Origin: Mizuhopecten yessoensis
Taxonomy: Eukaryota
Direction of reading: 5' to 3'
NCBI RefSeq assembly: GCF_002113885.1
Contig: NW_018405506.1
Coordinates: 1,522,199 to 1,586,198, forward strand
DNA: 64,000 bases
Shown here: one piece after another, positions 50,637 to 62,000 of the stretch
How the letters are laid out: each line of letters starts with the position of its first letter
How positions within the stretch are numbered: the first letter of the stretch is position 1
Position numbers and translations under genes: made by a program
The notes under the pieces: model-generated
Seen by the model: the letters and a program-made list of their open reading frames with translations, nothing else
What the model was told of the DNA's origin: nothing
Database searches by the model: none

Positions 50637-51543
50637 TGGTTTGTTTGTGTTTTACGTCCCATTAACAGCTATGGTAATTTAAGGAGGCCGGACCACAGGG
50701 ACCTGAGAATTTGTTACAGCTATAATAAAAGGTGTTGAGAGTAATTCTACATGTTTTAGGGGTTTAGATCGATTTCCTATAAAAAATGACACCCCCAATG
50801 ATCATATATAGGAGAAGGGCGGAAAGCTCTCGATGTCGAAATGTCGACCCCATGCCATAACTTTCTTGCATCAAAAACAACATTTCTAGTTGATCTACGG
50901 GAAAATGCTTAGTACCGATAGAAAGATGGATAATTTTTCTTTTGAAAACCTCATATATGCACGTAAAATGTATTCTCCTTCCGTGGACATGAACTCAGTT
51001 TCCTCCAAATACACACGCCATTTCAGAGATTCAAAGTTTTTCGCAGTGTTGAAATATGAAGTGTTGGTTGGTTTAGCGAGAAATGGATGCACTTCGAATT
51101 CCAGCCAATCACACCACTGGTCTCGGCACGTTGCTGACGTTAACTTCGATCATTAATATTCAAAACAAGTGGCAGGCGCTGAATGCGAAAAACTTTGAAT
51201 CCCTGAAATGGCGTGTGCATTACATTAGGAGGAAACGGAGTTCATGTCCGCGGTAGGAGAATATATTGTACGCGCATATATGAGGTTTTCAAAAGGTCAT
51301 TTTTACCGAAAGTCGATCTAAACCCCCAAAACATGTAAAGTTACTCTGAACACCTTAGTTTAGGTCCAAATATAGCTGTAACAAAATCTCAGGTCACTGT
51401 GAGGCGGATTTCCCGGAGAAAACCACCGACCTACGGCCAGTAACTGGCGACTACCTCACGTAGGTCTCGAACCCGCGACCCATTGGTGGAGGGCTAGTGA
51501 TAGCAGAATGTCATACGCCTTACCACTTGGGCACCGAGGCCCC
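50637..51543 (-). mobile_element. tRNA-derived SINE split by a foldback element
   Basis: Minus head gggcctcggtgcccaagtggtaagg...GGTTCGAGACC; core gtcggtggttttctccggg; (aaac)n tail. Confidence 0.75.
50694..51401. mobile_element. Foldback non-autonomous DNA transposon with long inverted arms
   Basis: TIR cacagggacctgagaatttgttacagctat / atagctgtaacaaaatctcaggtcactgtg; inner arms 50941-51060 vs 51190-51295. Confidence 0.85.
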
Positions 51544-51978
51544 ATATACTATACTGCGATCAAAATAAATCCAGAAAGTCAGATATTGTTATAAAATCCC
51601 ATAAGAATGTTCAATTAATCCATAAGAATATCACAGTTTTTGTTTTCAAATTTCATAAGAATGTCAAATTGAATTCACAAGAATGAAACAGTTTTGTTCT
51701 CGAATTCCACAAGTAAATCGATAGAAATTCACTTCGTCCTTTTCCTCAACATCTTCGGCATTCCTTTCATTTTGTGTATCTTATGGTCGTCGATTTCTGT
51801 CTTGAGTTCTGAGAAAAAGCTCTACCAATCTAACTCGTCGGTCGATGAAGGTCGTCCATGGATTGTTTCCTTGAATATCTGGTACCTTCCCGTTACCACA
51901 GAGTTACCCCACGTATTGGTCGATGAATTAATAAGTTGAATCGTGAATATCTTTCACGATTGGGCTCCGCTCCCTCAT

Positions 51979-52110
51979 ATAAAATTTAAGGATAAGCTTA
52001 CATATGTAAATGTAATTTTAAATTGATGTATCCAGGAAACATCAATTATAACGAATGGTATCTAAATTTAAAACTACATTTACATATGTAAGCTTATCCT
52101 TAAATTTTAC
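51979..52110. repeat. Hairpin with ~45-bp inverted arms (MITE remnant)
   Basis: taaaatttaaggataagcttacatatgtaaatgta / tacatttacatatgtaagcttatccttaaatttta. Confidence 0.85.
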
Positions 52111-52490
52111 CACGCGAGGTTTCGTATTTTTTAGATCCATAATGGTACTGATCACTTGTGCATTCGTTAAAATGCCAATAAGAGACTCTTATATATAGAA
52201 GAAATGTTATCGCTTTATTTTTATTAGTTTCTACAGGGATGTGTACACATCCCTGGTTTCTATAGTATCTAAACTCGAATTAAATTTGTTAAAAGGGGAG
52301 GGGTCGAACATTTTATGGATGCCCGTTATAAGCGGCACTGTATATACACCAATCATGAATGTACATGGATAATGAAAATTGAGTGTCCTAAATGCATCGT
52401 TATATTAATTTTCCAAATATGAGATTAAACGGTTTTCGTCGCATCGACGGCGCGAGACTCTTTAATTGAGATTTCCCGCATGCGAAATAG

Positions 52491-52513
52491 TCCACGTCCT
52501 CCATTTTGATTGG
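52491..52513 (+). promoter_or_regulatory. Candidate UPRE/XBP1 site plus inverted CCAAT box in the EDEM1 promoter
   Basis: tCCACGTCc at 52492 and gATTGG at 52509 in a CpG-containing patch ~300 bp upstream of the ATG. Confidence 0.45.
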
Positions 52514-52797
52514 GTTAACACGGGAATTCTCGACTTCGTTCGCGCTGACCAGTGTTTTGATATGTTTCATAAGTAAACATCGGGATGTCAGCTATACCTA
52601 TAGACATTTGAAATTCCTCTGCGATTTGTAAAGTCGGTTTGACATGTGAACTCATGAATGAATATTTTAAGAACTACTTTTTATATGCGCAGTATTATTA
52701 GGAGGTGTTGCAGGGCACTTCCGGTAACAAAAGTCTAACTTTAGCTGAGTTATCGAGAAACCTATTTCTGTAACTCAGAAGAAAGTAATGGGCTATT

Positions 52798-53054
52798 ATG
52801 AAAAAGGTGATACTTTTCTTCACTGTCATGGTTTTGTTCTCATACAAAATCCAGGGTTTACATAGATATTGGAACGACAACACTGTGAACGGGAAGAAAT
52901 ATGGCGAGTTTTCCGATGAGGAGAGAGTGGAAATGTTGGAGGGAACAAAACGTATGTTTCATTTCGGATACGACAATTATATAAAGTATGCTTTCCCGGA
53001 CGATGAACTTAATCCAATTTACTGCACTGGACGGGGACATGACCATGCCGATCC
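52798..53054 (+). CDS. EDEM1: EDEM1 coding exon 1
   Basis: MKKVILFF...[12 protein letters not shown]; donor CC|gtacgt. Confidence 0.85.
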
Positions 53055-56000
53055 GTACGTATCACACTGGAACCGACAAAAACATTACTTATTATGAACA
53101 GAAGAATGGTGTTAAATATAGGCTTTTTCGATTTTTGGGATTTGCCAGCAAAATTAATATTGTTTAACATGTTACTTCGTTCATAAGATAATTTGCCATA
53201 AGTGTATTCAGTTTACTATATGCACCTAATTATAATCAATAGTCACAGTTTCTGTCTTAGATATTTAGATTGCGATCGTTCAAGCTACATTGTAATTTGT
53301 AGCTGCATTTTGTTAAGCCCATATCTATAGTATTTTTCAGCATATTCCATTTAATTTGGAAAAATAAAATGCATGGGTGGTGTAGTGGATAGTGCACTTG
53401 CCTTTCACAAAGGCGGCCAGGGTTCGATTCCCAGATCGGACGTGAACATGTATGGGGTTAGCTGCGATAACGTAGCTTTCTGACGATGAGACATTTTTTT
53501 ATATATTGCGGCAGAGCGGAGAGTAGGCAGGGAATGAATATTCGTTCTAGTATGGGGTCACCTGCCCGATGACGTGGGTTTTCTCCAGGTGTACTCCTGT
53601 TTCCTCCCACAATAAGACCCCTGCCTGCCAACATCCGGGCCAACAAGAGTGATTAATATAAGTTGAAATAACTTGTTTCATAAATGAAATTAATTAATTT
53701 GTTATTAAATAAGCAAAGTTTATTTTTTTTAAATGGTTACAAATTTTGTATTTATAGATATTTGTAATGATTGTCCAGGTACATGTTGAGGCAAGGTAAA
53801 GCCTGAGAACCCATGGTTTTGAAAGTAGCCCTGTCATATATGGTAATACAATGTACCACACAAGGAAATTATATGCCACTGGTTAGTAATTACTAAATTA
53901 GCCTACATCATGTCTGGATGGGATTTTGAACTGTATCAAATTGCAAAAAGATTTTTGCATAAAATTATAAACAATGTTGAAAGGTTAAGGATTTCCCATC
54001 AAATACAATACATTGTTATTATTAATAACATTTCATATATATGATAGTATACTGATGTTTGCATAATCAGACAAATGAGTGAAGTTTGTATGGTGTTCAA
54101 TTCAATAAACAATAAGATTTTCTAATAAATCAAGTTATATTTACTTTCTTCATGCTAACAATTAGTTATCACATTTCCCAGCATTGTTAATCTATAATTG
54201 CAGGTCTAATATCAACATCAATGATGCTCTGGGCGACTATATACTGACACTGGTGGATTCATTGGACACCCTAGCAGTATGTATCGCTAAAACTGTAACG
54301 GAACTGGACTGGGTCGAATGTCGGCGACGAGATAGCTCAATTGGTAGAGCGTCTGTCCAGAGTTCGAAGGGTCTCGGCCCTCTCGGGTTCGAACCCTGGT
54401 CTGACCGTGCATTTTTCCTCTCCTGTTACAGTGGTGTCTGTGACCAACCCTTGTTTCAAGCATTTGGTGTATGCTTGACAAGGGGAAACCCGGACCTGGC
54501 TTGTAAATAGTTGTGTCTTCGGGGGCAACAACTTAGAAAAAGGAGGGAGGAATGTAGCAGAACTGGACTGGGTCGATCGTAGGCAACAGGATATAGCTCA
54601 ATTGGTAGAGCGTCCGTCTGGAGTTCCGAGAGTCCTGGGTTCGAACCCTGGTCTGGCCGTGCATTTTTCCTCTCCTGTTACAATGCTATACCTTAAAATG
54701 TTTTACACTAGCTATTTGTAACACTCCACATTTACACAGACTGATGTATATTTAACATACATGTCAAACTGGACATTTTCATATAATCGTGTTGATCTGT
54801 ACAAACCGGTATTCTAAACAATTGGTAGCCAGTTGCATTTGAAAGTTGGCGATTAGTGGCTGTTAGTTGGCAACTTATACCAGCAAACAGCTTCTGTAAT
54901 GAGAACACTGATATATATGTAGACTGGCTAAATGTTACACATTCTTTGTTTGATGTTTGTCAGTTTTATTGTTTTGTGTTTGACAGATAATGGGTAACAG
55001 TTCAGAATTCAAGAGAGCAGTTAGTCTGGTGGTAGAGAATCTCTCATTTGAGAAAGCCAACACAATCCAAGTCTTCGAGGCAACCATAAGGTTAGTATCT
55101 TCATTTTACACCAATTGTATATTTCAAAAAAATATTTGAATTCATTTGTTTATCAAAGACAAATGAAAACAAAACTTAGTAAATGTTACCACTTTAAAAA
55201 GAAGTTTATTTATTAAATGAAATAAGCTACGAAATGTAAAAATATCTTAATTCATAAAAGGAATGAAATTATAATCTTGATATATATTGATTAAATCATG
55301 GATGTTATACATGTATCTGTTTACCAGTCTTTTATGAAATTACTGTAAACATGAAAGTTTGTTTGTGTTTATTTATTTGTACAAATATTCAATAATCTGA
55401 CTTACAGTAACTTTTGCTGTTTCAATATATCTGTGAAAGCTCTCAGTGGCAATACAAAACAAGAGATAGATAATCCTAAGTTTGAATGGGAATGAGTCAT
55501 TTTGGTGAAATTTACATTGAAATGAAATCATAGGGGATGTTTATTTCAAAATTAAAGAGAATATAGGAAAGATTATTCCTGCTGCTTATGGATATTTTAA
55601 TCATAAATGCATTTACTTGACGTAAAATCTCATCTCGGTTTTTGTGTTTTTTGTTAACATTTCATCATTATTGCCCTATACCGTGTTAGCCATACTTCTT
55701 TACCAAATAGATAATTACTGTGGAGATGTGTTATTGTATGCAGGGTCCTTGGTTCTTTGTTGTCCGCCCACCTCATCATCACCGACCCTAATCAACCTTT
55801 TGGAGACATGGTCCCTCCTCAATATGACAACGAGCTTCTTTCATTGGCCAACGACCTTGCCACAAGACTGCTTCCAGCTTTTGAAAACACAGCCACAGGA
55901 ATTCCATTTCCCAGGGTCAGTCCACTCTCGGGGTTATTCTCATTATAGCATTTTGTCTTCATTTTGTTCCTAAATTTATAATATAAATTTATTACTTTAC

Positions 56001-59000
56001 TTTTGTGATTATTTTTTGAATGATGATTAATTTTCAGAGAATTTGAATTCACCAAATATAATTATAATACCTCATTTCTAAACAATGACTGTTAATATCA
56101 TTATGATCTGCTCTCCTTGTAAATTAATATTTAGATAAACATCAAGCAAAATATAGTAGATCAACTACAGTATATGTATCTATAATGTGGGCAATTTTGT
56201 TTTCATACACCCACATTTTAGGAAACTTGATGGTTAGCACTAGCTATAGAACAGAATAGGGGTCTAATCTTCCGTAAATTTACCATACATGCCATATGGT
56301 ATACAGGGCTACATAAAAAAATACTAGCATGTGGTTAGTTTATAACCTGCTGGTCATTTCAGGTAGAAGATACTTATAATGTCAACTCTTATTCTTTATT
56401 TCATATCTATCTATAACAAATCTATGGATCATAATGGCATGTACACCTTTTGTTTGAACAGATTGTTTACATTTGTTTCCTTCATCATGTCGGTAAAATC
56501 AATGTTCACAATGTGTTCTCATTGAACATTTTTAACTCATTTATCCCTGAAATTTCGTAATGAAATATTCCACCTTTGAATTGGAAGAGCTCAAATGCGT
56601 CTTCAGGGGTGAATGTAATATTTTGAAAGGGAGATAATTCTGGAAAAAGTTTCATATTGATTATATGCCCCTTGAATTACTGCAATATTGATAATATAAT
56701 GTCTGTGCAACAGATGTCGCTAAAACAAACTAAGATCTTGTTTATGGGTCATCTAACTCCATAACATTTTATATAATTGTATGGTATTCATTCAATAATG
56801 GGAGTTAAAAGGAGATTCATTTATTTGTTTTAAATTTGTATAGAAAAAAAAAGATAGAAAAAATGAATTTGATATACTAAAAAAAAAAGAAAAAATTGTA
56901 GATGTACTAACAATATAGAAGGTAGAATAGAGATCTAGAGATGTATAAATAATCTTGTACCTGACACGATTTGCTGTAGCTGATTGGAGCTGTCTATTTT
57001 ATGACAGGTCAACTTGAAGCATGGTGTGCCAGTAAATAGCGTTAACACAACTTGTACCGCTGGGGCCGGTACTCTGGTGCTAGAATTTGGTGTGTTGTCA
57101 CGATTACTGGGAGATCCGACATATGAAGCCTTTGCACGGCGAGCGGTGAAGAGACTTTGGTCTTTCCGTTCTAATGTAACAGGGATGCTAGGTAAGAACT
57201 TAAGTTTAAGAGAAAAGTTCTTATGATAAGGTAATAGAAATACATAAAGTGTGAAATTTACGTAAAAATATCAAATGACATCGAAATGTCATTATTGAAA
57301 AGAATTCAAATGCGGTAAGAGAACAAAAATAAATTGAAGTACCAGGTAGCTTTTACCTAATGGCCATTCTAGAAATATTAGGGAGCATGGAGACATTATA
57401 TTTGTGAATCCCATCACCCATTTTACACTTAATGTTGTAATATTCTTTCAGAGTTTTTTTTCTTTCATTGTGTCTCATTTCCATAAAATAATTCCACATT
57501 ACAACTTTTTATTGAAAAGATTAGTGTTGTCCTGATGATCGACTATAGTCGATATCTTATCGGAAAGGCAAACAATTCCCGACAATCGATTATGAGATGT
57601 CAACATCGATGATTGTTTTCAAAACCGGAAGTGCGAATTCTACTTTCATTTTCACTATTAAAGAGAGAATGAGAATTCTATGTCATTTTACTCTTTACTA
57701 TAACTTCTTACCAATCATGCTATTTAAATATAATTAATTGCAAAAAATATGTAAAGGATATTAAACTGTTCATCAATAATTGAATAATGATTGTTACGCT
57801 GAAATGATATGATAAAAAATAAAGATGCGAAACTATTTGGAAAAGTTGAAATTTCATTAGTAGTATTAATAAAAGGAAAACCCATGCCATTTTTTTTAAG
57901 GATTATGTAACGGTAGACTAACTGATTAATAATCGAAAATTGATCTGTTGACACTAACCAATTATATCCGATCATCGATGTTGAAATCTCAACCGATTCC
58001 CAACACTAATAAAGATCTAGAGAATGGATTTAAAAAAAATGAAACTGACACTCTGATCATCAATTAGTTTATAATATGTGATGGAGATGAAATGTATGAA
58101 AATAATACCCCCCNNNNNNNNNNNNNNNNNNNNNNNNNNNNNNNNNNNNNNNNNNNNNNNNNNNNNNNNNNNNNNNNNNNNNNNNNNNNNNNNNNNNNNN
58201 NNNNNNNNNNNNNNNNNNNNNNNNNNNNNNNNNNNNNNNNNNNNNNNNNNNNNNNNNNNNNNNNNNNNNNNNNNNNNNNNNNNNNNNNNNNNNNNNNNNN
58301 NNNNNNNNNNNNNNNNNNNNNNNNNNNNNNNNNNNNNNNNNNNNNNNNNNNNNNNNNNNNNNNNNNNNNNNNNNNNNNNNNNNNNNNNNNNNNNNNNNNN
58401 NNNNNNNNNNNNNNNNNNNNNNNNNNNNNNNNNNNNNNNNNNNNNNNNNNNNNNNNNNNNNNNNNNNNNNNNNNNNNNNNNNNNNNNNNNNNNNNNNNNN
58501 NNNNNNNNNNNNNNNNNNNNNNNNNNNNNNNNNNNNNNNNNNNNNNNCACACACACACACGCCTAACACAAACACACAAAAAAAAATCTTTAAATATTTC
58601 ATATGATAAAAACTTTAAAAATTCAACCCCATTAATAGTACTTAATAATAATATTTGAGGCATAAATTGATTAATTAATACCGATTGTTTGTTTAACTCA
58701 ATGCTTGCCCTTGATTGTAGGTCATGTTATCAATGTACAGACAGGAGAATGGGTGGGTGAGATGAGTGGCCTGGGTGCTGGACTAGACTCCTTCTTTGAA
58801 TATTTACTGAAGGTACATTATTCGAGTGAAATAAAATAATTGATTGTTTATCATGGTCATTGATACTTGGCACCTATAACATGGATTAATATATTTGTTT
58901 AATTTAATTCTTCCAAGTCAGGATGCATTTGACATTTAAATACATGTAATATATAAAAAGACTTTGTAGCCTGTGACACAGTGTGTATTTATTTTTTAAT

Positions 59001-62000
59001 TTTAGGTGAATAGTTCTTTCTGTTATGTTTTACTTTAAATAAAGTTTTCACTTCACAATGTGGTTTATATTGGCAGAACAAAATTGGTGATTTATCAATA
59101 CATATGCTATGGTTATGTCTCAATATATTTGGTTAGACAAATAGTTACAAGATCCAGACAAAGCACATACTGCCTAAATGTTGGTAAACTTTCGTCCAGC
59201 GAAAGTACTTGCAATTTACAGCTGATTTAGTACATAAATATTTGTCAAGTGCATCTTATTTTATGGAACTACTAAATGTGCTGTGATGTGTCTTAATGGT
59301 GAATTCACTCTCATTGTGGAGGGCAGAATTTAAAATATGGGAAACTTAATTTTCCGGTATACAGTACACCTGTGTTATTTTGAATACTCATCGAGAAAAA
59401 AAAATCTAAGAGAAATATAAAATAGAAGGCAGATTGAATGATGATTTTTTTTCTAAGAACAGTATGTTCTCTTTCTTCAGACGTTTATAATGTTCGGTGA
59501 GGATGAGGACCTGAAAATGTTTAATGAGTCTTATGAAACTATAAAATTTCACATGAGGAGAGGGTAAGTCTCTAAAGGATAACGATTTTATCATTAGCTA
59601 AATATATTATATTTATCCAGGAATTACTGCTTTCCTTCGTTGCTATCTTTATTTTTTTGGAGCCAGAATGTTTAATCCGGGTCATAAGGCTATAAAAAGA
59701 ATCCCTCTTATCACTGCGCTGAATTTGATATACATTCTGTTCAATGGTTTGCCATTGAATACCATATATATGTTAAGAAAAATTATACATATATTCATAA
59801 GTATGGCACAATATCAATATTTTTCACAGTGAAATATAAGGAAGTGTGGAATTTAGTATGTAACATAATCTTTGGCACCCAGCTTAAGTGGCATTTTTAG
59901 TGAACTACTAAATGCAGATCTACCATTTTCTGCTATCATTTGCTGTGATAAAATGTGTGCAATAAATGTTACCAAGTATGCAGTTATGTTAACTAAACTT
60001 ATGTATCATAAATTAACAAAACGACCTCTTATCTACCAATGCTAGACTAACACATATAACTTTCCATACAAAAATTACAAAATATAATGAAAAGGGATTA
60101 AATAATCACTATAACATTAAAGTTAATGTCCATGAAATTGAAATGTCAATAATCTTTGGATCACCTTATGCTGTCTGTATATATATATTTCTTTCTTGCT
60201 TAGGTATTTTAAATAGGTACAGTAATTTTGTGTTTTTCTCCAGGAGACAAAGATGCAATTATGGAAATGGCTATCCTCCTATCTATGTGAATGTAAACAT
60301 GAAAACAGGCATAACCTTCAACAACTGGATAGACTCCCTTCAGGCTGCTTGGGCAGGTGTACAGGTAGGTAATGGCTGGTCTACAGGTACATTATAACAC
60401 ATGTACAGGTAGGTAGTGGCTGGTCTACAGGTACATTATAACATATGTACAGGTAGTTAATGGCTGGTCTACAGGTACATTATAACATATGTACAGGTAG
60501 GTAAAGGCTGGTCTACAGGTACATTATAACACATGTACAGGTAGGTAATGGCTGGTCTACAGGTACATTATAACACATGTACAGGTAGGTAAAGGCTGGT
60601 CTACAGGTACATTATAACACATGTACAGGTAGTTAATGGCTGGTCTACAGGTACATTATAACATATGTACAGGAAGGTAAAGGCTGGTCTACAGGTACAT
60701 TATAACATATGTACAGGTAGGTAATGGCTGGTCTACAGGTACATTATAACATATGTACAGGAAGGTAAAGGCTGGTCTACAGGTACATTATAACATATGT
60801 ACAGGTAGGTAATGGCTGGTCTACAGGTACATTATAACATATGTACAGGTAGGTAATTACTGGTCTTCAGGTACATGATAACACATGTACAGGTAGGTAA
60901 TTACTGGTCTACAGGTACATTATAACATATGTACAGGTAGGTAAAGACTGGTCTACAGGTACATTATAACATGTGTACAGGTAGGTAGTGGCTGGTCTAC
61001 AGGTACATTATAACATATGTACAGGTAGTTAATGGCTCGTCTACAGGTACATTATAACACATGTACAGGTAGGTAAAGGCTGGTCTACAGGTACATTATA
61101 ACACATGTACAGGTAGGTAATGTTTTTTAAATGGTTCATTATAAGCCATCTAATCCAAAGTAATCAAGAAATCCTCCATAAACAACCTTAAGAGAATATA
61201 GAGAGTCTTAGTTCATGTTTATACATGTACCTTTATCTATTACAGGTACTGAAGGGAGATATAGAGGAGGCCATCTGTTCACATGCACTTTTCTATTCCA
61301 TTTGGCAAAAGTATGGGTTTTTACCTGAGCGATATAACTGGCACTTAAAAGCTCCTGATGTGCTGTTTTACCCACTGCGACCAGAACTGGTGGAGTCCAC
61401 CTACCTATTGTACCAGGCCACCAAGAACCCTTTCTACCTCCATGTGGGCCGTGACATCTTCAACAGTATAGACGAGCATGCCAAGGCCAAGTGAGTGTCC
61501 AGACCTTACCTAATTGACCAAATAATAAAGTCATCTCACTTGCAGGATCAAAATGACCTACGGTAAACCTCCGGTCACTTCGAATAGGCAGATAGTTCAA
61601 ACACACTTTTTGAATAATAACAATAATAATTTTATGTTTTACTAGTGATAATTTCCTCCCTGACCATTTATAATATCCTTACAGTACACGGAGCGCGGAA
61701 TGTTAGGTCACATCGCTGACAGATATGTGTATTGTCATGATATTACTGTGAGTACAATTTGATTATATAATCGGGACCTGGCCACTGATCCCTGATTTAT
61801 TACTTAATTGATATATTACCTCTACGTGTACCAAAACAAAAAGATTTGACCAGGTGGTCGATCGAACTATTAATCCGTAATTGCAGTTTAAATCCACCCT
61901 CCACATTCTGATACATTACAATTGAACTTCCGTCAAACCTGAGAAAACATCTACCGCTTTGCGACCTACATACTTGTCTCTGCTTTGCGATTGAACTTAA

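Noticed and set aside
54335-54660. Two functional tRNA genes
   Set aside because: Acceptor and anticodon stems do not pair, the copies differ in the anticodon loop, and they lie within LTR-like repeats with a PBS and PPT.
57532-57560. CTGATGA followed by a hairpin as a third hammerhead
   Set aside because: GATA replaces GAAA, there is no stem I/III, and it is part of a MITE-like terminal palindrome.
58017-58663. ORFs across the N run
   Set aside because: Assembly-gap artefacts; EDEM1 exons 5 and 6 join in frame without a missing exon.
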